The notes: generated by a model from the letters alone, not told the origin. A DNA stretch of 64,000 bases from Cyanobacteria bacterium J06626_4 (GCA_038523235.1 JBCBJQ010000002.1:64001-128000), one strand, 5' to 3'; shown: positions 40,841 through 50,584, counted from the first letter of the stretch. Numbers and translations are program-made.

Positions 40841-41386
40841 CTATTGTCGAATTGCGATCGCTCTCGCCCAGAATGGCAAAACTAAATTGCTTCCCAGCAG
40901 TGACATTCCCCAAAAAATGGGCGGGTTGAGCGAGCTCCTGTAGGCCCCGTTCTGTATAACGAGATCATGTAAACACAAGGGTAAGAAGTGAGCAGCTAAA
41001 ATGCCTGCTAACATGCCGCTACCAATAAAGGTTGCGATCGCATTCAACAGCATAATTGCGGACAACTGTATAAAAGCCATAACGGACTTGCCAACTTGTG
41101 GAGGACACCACGATATAAAATCACCCAGCAGTATCCCTATACCGATTCCAGCAACCGTTCCGATGGCCAGGTAGAGCCCTGAGTAAATAAGACCATAGAT
41201 TGCCAGATGAAACGGCGGTCCACTTCCCACTTGGCAGGCATCATCAATGACGGCACCATTCGCGATCATCGATTGTGTTACTCCGTGATAGGTACTTTGG
41301 CCAAAGATCCACACAATGACGATGGCTAGTACCCAAGACCCGAATAAGGCTTCCGCGCGCCGCATAGTATTTTTCTCATTGATCAT
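40841..41386 (-). CDS. Hypothetical membrane protein
   Basis: Four hydrophobic segments, 181 aa. Confidence 0.6.
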   Translation of the reverse strand: MINEKNTMRRAEALFGSWVLAIVIVWIFGQSTYHGVTQSMIANGAVIDDACQVGSGPPFHLAIYGLIYSGLYLAIGTVAGIGIGILLGDFISWCPPQVGKSVMAFIQLSAIMLLNAIATFIGSGMLAGILAAHFLPLCLHDLVIQNGAYRSSLNPPIFWGMSLLGSNLVLPFWARAIAIRQ

Positions 41387-41541
41387 TGCTCTAAATTATG
41401 GACGCAGCGATCTCCGGCCCCTGCCAAATATGTCCCTTCTGCCTTTTATTTTCACCATGGGGTATGGGTTTGAGGTGCCGGGTGCCGGGGGATGGCTTGG
41501 GTCTGAGATCGGCAACCGAGGCCCTGAGACCCTTCTGTCTT

Positions 41542-42270
41542 CTAACCGTTACTGCAGTTGGGATCTGGTGGATGAGGCGGCTCGGCGCTGAGGGCACGGA
41601 GACGATCACGATCGCACAGAGTAATCAATCCACGCTGGTAGGTGACGGCGGGCTTGAGTTGTTTGAAGAGTCGCACGCATTCTTCATAGGTAATGCCAAT
41701 GCTGCGGGCGATTTGATAGTACGTGCAGCGCGATCGCAGCTGTGCTCCCGCCGCCACGGCGTCGGTGCCGCCATACTCGGCCATTGATTCCAGATAAGTG
41801 ACCAACCGCGCGATCGCTCGTTCTGAGACCAAACCATGCACGCGCTGGTGCAGTTGCTGTAGCCGTTGGTTAAAGATGCCGAGTAACTGCAGTGCCAGTT
41901 CGGGCCTTTGGGCAAAACTGGTCAGCAAAGCTGGACGATCGAGAATGAGCACCGTGGCGGGGGCGATCGCCGTCACCGTGGCGGGGGCCATGCCGTCACC
42001 GCACAGCGCCGGCGCGGCAAACACTTCCCCTGCTGGCAAAATTCGCAGAATCGTTTCTTTGCCTGAGGCCGCTATTTTGCTCATTCGTAGACGGCCAGAG
42101 AGCAACACATGCAAGCCTGCCGGGAGCACCTCCCCCTCATGAAACACCACCTCATCAGCCTGGTGTGACCTCACTCGACTGTTCTCAGCAAATTGCTGGA
42201 GCACTGACACTTCGAGGTCAGCAAACAGAGGAAGGGCGCGAAGCTGAATTATGTCAACGGGGGAGACCAA
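41542..42270 (-). CDS. Crp/Fnr family transcriptional regulator
   Basis: cNMP-binding fold (VFHEGE, GKETILR..AGEVFA) and C-terminal HTH TYYQIARSIGITYEECVRLF. Confidence 0.92.
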   Translation of the reverse strand: MVSPVDIIQLRALPLFADLEVSVLQQFAENSRVRSHQADEVVFHEGEVLPAGLHVLLSGRLRMSKIAASGKETILRILPAGEVFAAPALCGDGMAPATVTAIAPATVLILDRPALLTSFAQRPELALQLLGIFNQRLQQLHQRVHGLVSERAIARLVTYLESMAEYGGTDAVAAGAQLRSRCTYYQIARSIGITYEECVRLFKQLKPAVTYQRGLITLCDRDRLRALSAEPPHPPDPNCSNG

Positions 42271-42614
42271 GACTTAAGACCAATTCTGCGAAATAGATCG
42301 GCAAACGTATGGGGTGAAGGGTAGGTGAGTGTGAGAGTGGGGGGCGGCAAACTGTAGTCGTACTTTAAAAATTGGATACAAACTAATTCAAACGTATTGC
42401 GCTAATCAGCTTTTAATGAGAAAAATTCTTACTTTTAGGATTATGCAACACATAGGGATGGGCTTGGGGTTTATGGTTGTTGGTTCTGGGGCAATCCTTG
42501 CACTCCCCCACCCCTTTGCACCCACGCCCTCCGGGCAGGCTCCGCCTTTCTTGAATGCCTTTAGGCTATACACACACCCCTACCCCCCCACTCCCTCACA
42601 CTCCTTCTTCACTT

Positions 42615-42653
42615 TATGAGCTGCCTCATAGATCATCTTGAGAATCCCTGTCA
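42615..42653 (+). promoter_or_regulatory. Crp/Fnr-type palindrome plus adjacent Fur-like site
   Basis: TATGA-GCTGCC-TCATA (42615-30); TGAGAATCCCTGTCA (42639-53); a further Fur-like TGAGAAAAATTCTTA at 42417-31. Confidence 0.55.
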
Positions 42654-42683
42654 AACTCAGGTCAACTTCCTGAGGTGAAAGCC

Positions 42684-43472
42684 ATGACTCAGACTCCAAG
42701 CCGACTCAACTTCAAAACTGCGCCGGGGCATCAGGTGTTAGCCGCTGCGGGTAAAAAAGCCCTGCGACCAGGGGGCTATACCGCGACTGAGCAACTCTTT
42801 GCTTGGGCAAATTTTCAACCAGGTGAAACCGTACTGGAACTCGCCGCGAGCTTTGGCTACAGTGCGATCGCTTTGGCTCAGCGCTATGGCGTGCGCGTCG
42901 TCGGGGTGGAAAAAAATCCCGATAGCGTGGCCCGTGCCCAGGCCAACATCGCTGCTGCTGGATTGACCGGTCAGGTCACCATCATTCAGGGCGATATTTT
43001 TCACTTAGAGGCCATCACCCAACAGTTCGACTATGTTTTGGCCGAAGCTATCTTGACCATGCAGTCGGAGGCGGGCAAAGCCAAGGTGTTGGCGGGCATT
43101 CGCGATCGCCTCAAACCGGGTGGTCAATTTCTCAGTCACGAACTACGCGTGGCCGGAGACCACACCGACACGATTTACCACGACCTGTCTACCACCATTC
43201 GCGTCAATGCCGCACCGCTCCCGGCTGACGGTTGGTTCGCCGCTTGTCAGCAGGTCGGCCTCACCGTCGAAAACCATGATGCTGGCCCCATGACCCTGCT
43301 CAATCCCAGTCGCATCGCCCAAGAAGAAGGCGTCACCACCCTGCTCACCATCGGCTGGAACATGCTGACCCGGCCGGTTCTACGCCAGCGGATTCTGGCC
43401 ATGCGAGAAACCTTTGTGCGTCATGGCAGCGACCTCGGATATGTCGTTCTGACGGCGAGAAAGGGGGCATAA
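42684..43472 (+). CDS. Class I SAM-dependent methyltransferase
   Basis: GHQVLAAAGKKALRPGG, VLELAASFGYSA, FDYVLAEAILTMQ, LKPGG. Confidence 0.9.
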   Translation: MTQTPSRLNFKTAPGHQVLAAAGKKALRPGGYTATEQLFAWANFQPGETVLELAASFGYSAIALAQRYGVRVVGVEKNPDSVARAQANIAAAGLTGQVTIIQGDIFHLEAITQQFDYVLAEAILTMQSEAGKAKVLAGIRDRLKPGGQFLSHELRVAGDHTDTIYHDLSTTIRVNAAPLPADGWFAACQQVGLTVENHDAGPMTLLNPSRIAQEEGVTTLLTIGWNMLTRPVLRQRILAMRETFVRHGSDLGYVVLTARKGA

Positions 43473-43710
43473 GGGCTTAGGGGCTTGGGTTGAAGGTTCA
43501 AGGTCTCAGGTTCAAGACAGCACCCTTCACCTGATAAAGCAACTCGCGGTCATGTTTGGACATTGTAAAGTCGCCAAATCGCTTGCCTTGCACCTTGAGC
43601 CCTGCACCTTTCTACCCTCTGCTATGCCTTGCACCGCTTACTCATCCACCTGGGCACCCATCGATCCCGCACCTTGCCCCACATTTCTCATCCAGTTACC
43701 AGCTAAAATT

Positions 43711-44046
43711 ATGCTTACCGTCCTCATTTCTGCTGACACCACCACCCTACAACTCAAAGACCACCTGACTTATCCCGAATCGGGGGTGCTCAGCAAGGTC
43801 ATCTGGAAAGACGAAGTGTGCCAATACAGCTTGTTTTGTCTCGCCGCCAATACCGAAATTTCGGAGCATACCTCCACCCGCAATGCGACGGTGCAAGTGC
43901 TGGAAGGGACTGGCTCACTGAGCTTAAACGGCGAAACCATTGCGCTAGCACCGGGTGTATTTATCTTCATGGCAGCCAATGCCCCTCATGCCCTAACTGC
44001 GGCTTCCAATCTGGCTTTTGTCCTCACGTTGTCGAGTGCGAGTTAA
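43711..44046 (+). CDS. Cupin domain protein
   Basis: ISEHTS, VQVLEG, MAANAPHAL. Confidence 0.88.
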   Translation: MLTVLISADTTTLQLKDHLTYPESGVLSKVIWKDEVCQYSLFCLAANTEISEHTSTRNATVQVLEGTGSLSLNGETIALAPGVFIFMAANAPHALTAASNLAFVLTLSSAS

Positions 44047-44050
44047 GGCC

Positions 44051-44869
44051 ATGACGACGATCGCCCCCCAAACCACCCCCCATCCCAGCAAACCGTGGTA
44101 CTTACCGACACTATCGCCAGAGCATGGCGTCTACGTGATGCTAGCGGTGTCCTTTTTGACCGGGGCCGCTGCGGCCCAGCACTGGACGGGGGCCACCACC
44201 CTCGCGCTGATCTGTGCCTACTGTGGCTTTCAGGCCGAGCATCCGCTTAGCTTACAGATTAAGCAGCGGCGCAGTTGGAAGCTACGCTATTTAGTCTGGC
44301 TGAGTATTTATGGTGGCATCGCGATCGCGATCGCCCTCTGGCTGTTGTGGCATAGCCCGCAACCCTGGTTTCTAGGGGCCATTTACGGAGCCGTGGGAGT
44401 CGCGACCATTGTGGATGGTCTGTCGATCTGGCAACGACAACAAAAATCAGTCTGGAACGAACTGATTGCATTCACTGCTGCTTGTGCCGCCGCACCACTG
44501 GCCTACGTCGCGACCACAGGCACGCTCAGCCCAGGTGTGATCGCCCTCTGGCTGCTGAATGCCTGCTTTTTCTCCAGCGCTATTTTTACCGTCAAGTTGC
44601 GCAAAGCTCGCACGGCGTCGGTGACCGCTGGGGTGATCTTTCACGCGAGCTCGACCGCTTTAGTCGTGTTGCTATGGCAAGTACATTGGCTGGCTCCGGT
44701 CACGGCGGCAGCGTTTGGCATTGCCCTCCTCAAGTTTGGGCTGATTCTCTGGCAGCGAGACTGGTACTGCAACACCCAAATTCAGTCGGTCGCGATGCTG
44801 GAAACGGGAGCTAGCTTTTTGTTTTTGGTGGTTGCCGCCTTGTCACAACTCCCCGCCCATCTCAGCTAA
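44051..44869 (+). CDS. YwiC-like membrane protein
   Basis: PEHGVY N-terminal motif, multiple TM, KSVWNEL, FTVK. Confidence 0.82.
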   Translation: MTTIAPQTTPHPSKPWYLPTLSPEHGVYVMLAVSFLTGAAAAQHWTGATTLALICAYCGFQAEHPLSLQIKQRRSWKLRYLVWLSIYGGIAIAIALWLLWHSPQPWFLGAIYGAVGVATIVDGLSIWQRQQKSVWNELIAFTAACAAAPLAYVATTGTLSPGVIALWLLNACFFSSAIFTVKLRKARTASVTAGVIFHASSTALVVLLWQVHWLAPVTAAAFGIALLKFGLILWQRDWYCNTQIQSVAMLETGASFLFLVVAALSQLPAHLS

Positions 44870-45017
44870 GGAATACGCTTGAGAAGCAAGTACTCACCTC
44901 GCGAGTTTTCTCCTTGCAGAGACACATTGCGAACGACTCCGCTCAACTCTCGGGATATGTAGGTTGAGCGGAGTCGAAACCGGATTTACCGGTATGTTAT
45001 TGAAGCGCGATTCCCTA
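44867..45017. mobile_element. MITE-like element carrying a GAGCGGAGTCG REP-like hairpin
   Basis: CGACTCCGCTCAAC (44934-47) / GTTGAGCGGAGTCG (44963-76); imperfect ends TAAGGAATACGCTTGA and rc TAGGGAATCGCGCTTCA. Confidence 0.5.
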
Positions 45018-45138
45018 TTTGAAGTGAGTGAAGAGTTCAAGCGCTGACGCAGCTTCTCACCAAAAGTGAACTTCTATTGAGGGGCGAGGCGGATACGCTG
45101 GATTGGAGTGGATAAGTAGAGGGTGAGAGGCGCTGATT

Positions 45139-45777
45139 GTGAATACAAGCTACTGGCTGCAGAAGTGGGAACAGAATAATATTGCGTTCCACAGAAGCGA
45201 AGCGAATCCGGTTCTGGTTAATTACTTTGAAGACCTGTCTTTAGCCAAAGGCAGTCGGGTATTTGTGCCCTTGTCTGGCAAAACGCTGGATATTGGCTGG
45301 CTGCTGGCTCACGGGTATCGGGTGGCGGGCGCTGAACTGATTGAAATCGCCATTCAGCAGTTATTTGGGGAACTAGACATCACGCCCCAAATCGTAGAAA
45401 TGGGTGAAGTCAAGCACTACAGTGCAGAAAATATCGACATTTTTGTCGGGGATATTTTTCAAGTTTCTAGCGAGATGCTGGGCTCAGTGGATGCCATTTA
45501 TGACCGGGCCGCTTTGGTCGCTTTGCCAGCGGCAGTGCGCGATCGCTATACCGCTCACCTCAGACAAATGACCGACCAAGCCCCCCAGTTACTCGTCACC
45601 TACGAATACGACCAAACCTTGATGTCAGGGCCACCCTTTTCTATCAGTTCGGCAGAAGTGCAGCATCATTATGGCGATCGCTATGCGGTCTCTCAGTTAG
45701 CAAGCAAAGAAGTGCCCGGCGGCTTAAAGGGACAGTGTGCGGCCAGAGAAACCGTTTGGTTACTTCAACGTGATTGA
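45139..45777 (+). CDS. tpm: Thiopurine S-methyltransferase
   Basis: W..KW....I.FH, RVFVPLSGKTLD, YDRAALVALP, GPPFS. Confidence 0.92.
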   Translation: MNTSYWLQKWEQNNIAFHRSEANPVLVNYFEDLSLAKGSRVFVPLSGKTLDIGWLLAHGYRVAGAELIEIAIQQLFGELDITPQIVEMGEVKHYSAENIDIFVGDIFQVSSEMLGSVDAIYDRAALVALPAAVRDRYTAHLRQMTDQAPQLLVTYEYDQTLMSGPPFSISSAEVQHHYGDRYAVSQLASKEVPGGLKGQCAARETVWLLQRD

Positions 45778-45844
45778 CGCCGGTCTGTAATTTGAGCTAT
45801 CGAGAGAGTGAACCCCGGTGATCGGTTGAGCCGCTCAAGATTCG

Positions 45845-46531
45845 ATGCCGCACCCATTTGCATTGAGAGCCACGGTCGGAGCGATTGTGCTCTGCACACA
45901 CTGCGTGAACGCGGCTCTAAACCTCGTTCTGATATCGCCCGCCCGTGCCCAAGTCAGGCAAATTAGTCACGTTGATATCTTCTCAACGGACGATGGCTTA
46001 GTCATTCACTTAGAGGCACCGAATGCCGAGCAAGCCACGATCTTGCAAACGGATGTGGGCAATGAAATTATCCTGGATCTGCTGGTCACACAATTGGATG
46101 AAGAACTTGCTGCGGATCAGGAAGTCCTCACCAACGGTATTGATCGAGTTTCAGTTGAACCCCTCGATGCTAATAGCGTGCGCATTCGCCTGGTCGGCAT
46201 CGGGGGGCCACCGACGGTCGATATCAGTCAAGACGAGACCCAGATTGTGCTAGATGTTACGCCACCGACCAGATCGATTCGCTGTCGGCGTTGCCCACAG
46301 CCGGAGTATCCTGACGCTGCTCTGAGCGATCGCATCGAAGGAACCGTCGCGCTGACAATTGAGTTTGACGCAGCGGGATTTGTGACTGGGGCATCAATCA
46401 ACCGATCGAGTGGCAATGCCTCGCTTGATCAAGCCGCCTTAGAGGCCGCGTTGAATTATGAGTTTGAGGTGCAGGGCTATGGTGACCCAGGGGGCAGCAT
46501 CCTCATCGAATTTGCCTTTGACGTTGAATAA
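45845..46531 (+). CDS. Signal peptide + AMIN-like domain + TonB C-terminal domain protein
   Basis: ARA/Q cleavage site; AMIN-like GNEIILDL...GIDRVSV..LDANSVRIRLVG..GPPT; TonB_C CRRCPQPEYP...IEGTV...SSGNASLDQAALEA. Confidence 0.78.
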   Translation: MPHPFALRATVGAIVLCTHCVNAALNLVLISPARAQVRQISHVDIFSTDDGLVIHLEAPNAEQATILQTDVGNEIILDLLVTQLDEELAADQEVLTNGIDRVSVEPLDANSVRIRLVGIGGPPTVDISQDETQIVLDVTPPTRSIRCRRCPQPEYPDAALSDRIEGTVALTIEFDAAGFVTGASINRSSGNASLDQAALEAALNYEFEVQGYGDPGGSILIEFAFDVE

Positions 46532-46720
46532 GCACGGTCGATGTAGCCGTTATCGAGATCGCGGGTTGGCAGTGATATCACAGAATTCGGCATGCAGAAG
46601 TCGAATAGCCTGCGGGAAGGACAACCACTACAGAGTTGGAAAGCCTACCGGATGGTAGGTTCAATCATCTGTGGGGATCTAATCAAACTGCGGCTGGCTA
46701 TAGCAGGAACGGGCGGCTGA

Positions 46721-47494
46721 TTAATAGCCGCTCAACGAACCGCGCTTTTTCGCCATGCGTTCGGCCCAGCGAAATACGAAGAGACCGACTGCCAGATAGG
46801 CAATGCCGTTCAACAGGGCTAGGCTGTAGGTGGCCCAGTCAAGACCGACATCGCGGGCCATGAGATCACGCAGCAGCCCTGTGCTAGGAATCATCGGCAA
46901 CAAGAAGCGAAGAGACTGCATGATGCCAGTGGATTCTTCGAAAGGGGCAGCGAGCAAAAACAGCAGCAAGAACTGGAAGATACCCAAGATTTGCTGCACG
47001 CGTTTAAACACCAAGGCACAAGCGCCCATCATAAAAGCGAAGCCGTAGCCCGCCATCACCAGAGAGAGAAAGGGGAAAATCAGCGTAATCGGGAAGGAAA
47101 GGCGACTGCCAGAAAGGCCCATCAACAGCAGGACGATGCCCACCAGCAGCGTAAACCGCAGCGCCAGGCTAGCCACCGCTCGCGCTAAAAACACGCGGGG
47201 CGCCCCAAACGGTGAGAGAAAGACTTGCTCTAGCGTGCCGGTTTGCGCTTCGGACTGCAGACCGATCGCGATGTCATTAATGATGTACAGATTGAGCGTC
47301 CACAACACATAGCCAACGACGACGGCATCGAGGCGATCACCAAAGGCAAAGCTTGGCCCGGCCATATATCGCGCGCTGAGGAACAGCCCGTAAAAGACAG
47401 AGGTGGTGATGATTAACCCGGCAATTACCTCAGCGGGGTAGCGAATGAATTGAATCCAGGTGCGTTTTAGTTCGACGTAGAGCAAATCCATCAT
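46721..47494 (-). CDS. ABC-2 type permease
   Basis: About 6 TM, EAQTGTLEQVFLSP. Confidence 0.88.
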   Translation of the reverse strand: MMDLLYVELKRTWIQFIRYPAEVIAGLIITTSVFYGLFLSARYMAGPSFAFGDRLDAVVVGYVLWTLNLYIINDIAIGLQSEAQTGTLEQVFLSPFGAPRVFLARAVASLALRFTLLVGIVLLLMGLSGSRLSFPITLIFPFLSLVMAGYGFAFMMGACALVFKRVQQILGIFQFLLLFLLAAPFEESTGIMQSLRFLLPMIPSTGLLRDLMARDVGLDWATYSLALLNGIAYLAVGLFVFRWAERMAKKRGSLSGY

Positions 47495-48474
47495 GATGCA
47501 GAATCCTGGGTATCTTTGACCAGCTTGAGAAAGACTTGGGTCAGGTCGGCGCGATCGCGCTGTACTGAGACCAACGGGAGGGGATGCAGGGCTGCCAGCA
47601 GGGCGTAGAGATTGGGGGGCGTACCAGCATAGGTAATGTGTGGACCGTCCACCTGCCCGCCCAACTGCGTGACTCGCTGGTATTGCTGAGCCGTCAAGGT
47701 GCCTTCAATTTCAAGCTGATAGGCGGAGTCGGAAAACTCTTTGAGCAAAGACTCGGTCGATTGCTCGGCGATGATGCGGCCTCGGCGAATGATGGCGACG
47801 CGATCGGAGAGTTCTTCGGCAACGTCGAGCTGGTGAGTGGTCAGCAAAATGGCGCGACCTTCTTGGGCGATTTGCCGTACCAGGGCTTTAACGGTTTCCC
47901 CCGCTTCAACGTCCAGTCCTAGGGTGGGCTCATCCAACAGCAGCAGTTGCGGATTGTGAATTAGGGCGACGGCGATCGCCAGCTTTTGCTGCATGCCCCG
48001 CGAGAGTTTCTGCACCGGCGTCTGGCGCTTGTCTAACAACTCAAAGCGGTCTAGCAGCTCTAGTCCGCGCCGATGAGCAATTTTGCGCGGCACCTGACGC
48101 AGTACACCAAAATATTCCAGGTTTTCTTCAGGGGTGAGTCGCCAATAAAGGTTACGGTTGCCTTCGAGCACGGCCCCAATGTGGCGCAGGGCGCTGGGAC
48201 GACGATGGGGGTCGCCGCCCGCGACGGTGACTTGACCGCGATCAGGGCGTACGAGACCAGCAATCATCTTGATGGTCGTGGTTTTACCCGCCCCGTTTGG
48301 CCCGAGGAACGCCAGCACTTCGCCGCGATGCAGGGTGAGTGAAACTTGTTTAACCGCTTCAAACCGTTGCTTGCCTCGCCCGTAGGTTTTGGTCAAGTCG
48401 CGGGTAGCAAGCACAATAGCCTCTGTAGAGGGTTCTACAGGGCGTTCTGAGTCAAGACGATGGGCAAGTTGCAC
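47491..48474 (-). CDS. ABC transporter ATP-binding protein
   Basis: GPNGAGKT, LSRGMQQK, LLDEPTLGLD, TTH. Confidence 0.93.
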   Translation of the reverse strand: MQLAHRLDSERPVEPSTEAIVLATRDLTKTYGRGKQRFEAVKQVSLTLHRGEVLAFLGPNGAGKTTTIKMIAGLVRPDRGQVTVAGGDPHRRPSALRHIGAVLEGNRNLYWRLTPEENLEYFGVLRQVPRKIAHRRGLELLDRFELLDKRQTPVQKLSRGMQQKLAIAVALIHNPQLLLLDEPTLGLDVEAGETVKALVRQIAQEGRAILLTTHQLDVAEELSDRVAIIRRGRIIAEQSTESLLKEFSDSAYQLEIEGTLTAQQYQRVTQLGGQVDGPHITYAGTPPNLYALLAALHPLPLVSVQRDRADLTQVFLKLVKDTQDSAS

Positions 48475-48539
48475 GATGGAAATCAGCTCTCAGCGATCGT
48501 TGGTGTCTTTACTTATCTTAATGTTTTGTGGCACTGAAC

Positions 48540-48783
48540 AACTGAGCTGGGCGATAAGGGTGCCAAAAGATTCAGTGCAGTGGGGTTTAGAGGTTTGAAC
48601 CTGCTGATAGAGTACGTTGTCAAATAACGGGGAAACTGATTGGCAAGTCTCTTGGGGAGAAACGATATCAGTAAAGTTCCGGCGTTGCTAAGCCTGCTCA
48701 TGAGACACCAAGTTCCAGCTGATTTCCTGAGCATATTTGAGGATGAGAGATTGGACGGTTTTATGTTCTTCAGGGCTAAGCAT
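48540..48783 (-). pseudogene. hsdR: Decayed N-terminal fragment of type I restriction subunit HsdR
   Basis: Manual translation MLSPEEHKTVQSLILKYAQEISWNLVSHEQA*QRRNF...LFDNVLYQQV; in-frame TAG at 48688-90; ATG overlaps the DUF262 gene end. Confidence 0.7.
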
Positions 48784-50584
48784 GTTGAACGTCTTTGTAG
48801 ATTTCTGTCGGACTGAGCTGACGCCCCTCTGTCAATTTCTGCACCGCTGCCATGACCAGCTCAGCACGCTTCTGGAGAAAGGCGTCAAAATCTTGCTGGA
48901 GCTTAGCCGTTTTCTCATCTTCTGAGAGACCTTCGTACCCACCATTAGCCAACTCATCAATGGGAATTAAATGAGACTGCAGCCGCTCTCGCACAATTTC
49001 CTCAGAAGACCATTTATAGCGGTCTTTGAGATAGATCAGAGGATTTTTTCGCCCGATTTCGAGGTTGGTCTTGTCTTTGATCAAGGCACAGTTGAGGGCG
49101 AGAAAGCTAGGAATATCGGCTTCTTTAAGGAGGGCATCGGGATAAACATGGTGATAATGGCGATCACAGATCGTTTGAGCATTTAGCCGTTCACCAGTAG
49201 CGAAATCAAGCGCATTGAGGCGACATAGGACCGCCAGTACGCCCCGACCCCGGATGGTGTTGCGCTTGGGCCAGTCGGCAGTCAGAATTTCTTCGATTTC
49301 CACCAGGCTATGGTCGGTAAAGATGGGAACATCAGTGGTGGTGTAAGGAGTACCGTCTTCTTTGGTCTGGTCGGCGATGATGCGCTTGAGGGCGTTGAAG
49401 TCAGCGAAAGCATTTGTAGGGGCCGAATTTTCATAGCGATCAGTGAAAAATGCGTGCCACAGGTACTTTTTCAGCAGGACCTCGTCTCGTCCACGTTTGT
49501 CGCCAGCATCAGGAATGTGGGCATAGAGTGCTGCAATAACAGCCAGCACGGCATTGGTGGGTAACCGCTGGGCATCATAAATACCCTCATTATTGAGGAA
49601 CTCGGCCATGCAGTTCAGGCCGCGTTCCAAGGTTGACCACTGCTCGACCATGCGCTGTTTATTCATCTTCCAGGCCCCCGCTTGATTGGGGAAGTTGCCC
49701 TGGAGTAAAGCGGATGTAGTTAGCACTAGATCAGACAAGGGTGAATAGCGCGAAACACTGGGACAGCGTTCATTCAGTCCGGCTTCTAAATCGTGAAGTG
49801 ACTGTCCCATGACGCTCTCCACTTCGGCCACAATAATGTCGTAGGTAGAAAGAGGTTTGCTGTTGGTATTCATGTTGATGAATACGTTAAGCGCAATAGA
49901 CTTGTCAGTATGGGCAGGGAGAGCTAGGTAAGGCAGGTTGTAGTTGGCAATAATTGATCGTAAGTCTCTAATTTTATCGCTGATTTTTTGACGATATTCA
50001 AAATATTGTTGAAACTCATCCATTCCAACATTTATAGATGGTCTAGGCAGGGCTTTATTAAGCCAATCATCAATTTCGCTTTGAATGTCTTCTGGGCGTA
50101 AGAGATGGGTGGGAATGAGACCGCGAAACAAGGTCTGAGAAGGTTTATCACACCAGAGTGGAAACCGCTGCCTAGTCTTTTGTTTGATGTAGCGTCCCCG
50201 CCAAAAAATGCTCATGTCTTCCAGGGGTTTGTCGTTGTCGTATCGATCAAACTCCTTGATGTAGATGAAGTAGGTCGCCCACTGGTAATTGTTATGCAGA
50301 ACTCGCCATAGAGCCGTTAACCGCTGCTGACCGTCGAGTAAATGCTCATATACCTTGTTGTTGGTTTCAGGGGCTGTCTGAAGATGCCGGGAAATAAACT
50401 GCTCTTCTTCTCCCACTTCTAGGACAAGAGTAATCCCAAGAGGAAGATTTTGAATAATGGTGTGGATGAGGCTGGCAATGCGATGCTGATCCCAAGCTTC
50501 GAACCGTTGAAAGCGGGGTAGTTTGATTTCACCCCGCTGGACTTTGCCATACCAATCTCGGATATTGCGGTTACGAGCTTCCAC
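48776..50584 (-). CDS. GmrSD-like restriction endonuclease (DUF262 + C-terminal HNH-like)
   Basis: LPRFQRFEAW, LLDGQQRLTAL, VFINMNT, HYHHVYP...NCALI...N. Confidence 0.88.
   Translation of the reverse strand: MEARNRNIRDWYGKVQRGEIKLPRFQRFEAWDQHRIASLIHTIIQNLPLGITLVLEVGEEEQFISRHLQTAPETNNKVYEHLLDGQQRLTALWRVLHNNYQWATYFIYIKEFDRYDNDKPLEDMSIFWRGRYIKQKTRQRFPLWCDKPSQTLFRGLIPTHLLRPEDIQSEIDDWLNKALPRPSINVGMDEFQQYFEYRQKISDKIRDLRSIIANYNLPYLALPAHTDKSIALNVFINMNTNSKPLSTYDIIVAEVESVMGQSLHDLEAGLNERCPSVSRYSPLSDLVLTTSALLQGNFPNQAGAWKMNKQRMVEQWSTLERGLNCMAEFLNNEGIYDAQRLPTNAVLAVIAALYAHIPDAGDKRGRDEVLLKKYLWHAFFTDRYENSAPTNAFADFNALKRIIADQTKEDGTPYTTTDVPIFTDHSLVEIEEILTADWPKRNTIRGRGVLAVLCRLNALDFATGERLNAQTICDRHYHHVYPDALLKEADIPSFLALNCALIKDKTNLEIGRKNPLIYLKDRYKWSSEEIVRERLQSHLIPIDELANGGYEGLSEDEKTAKLQQDFDAFLQKRAELVMAAVQKLTEGRQLSPTEIYKDVQHA

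Noticed and set aside
42416..42619. 67-aa ORF in the Crp/methyltransferase intergenic region
   Set aside because: Overlaps low-complexity C-rich repeats and regulatory palindromes
43552..43710. N-terminal extension of cupin ORF
   Set aside because: Overlaps a dispersed repeat; likely start is 43711
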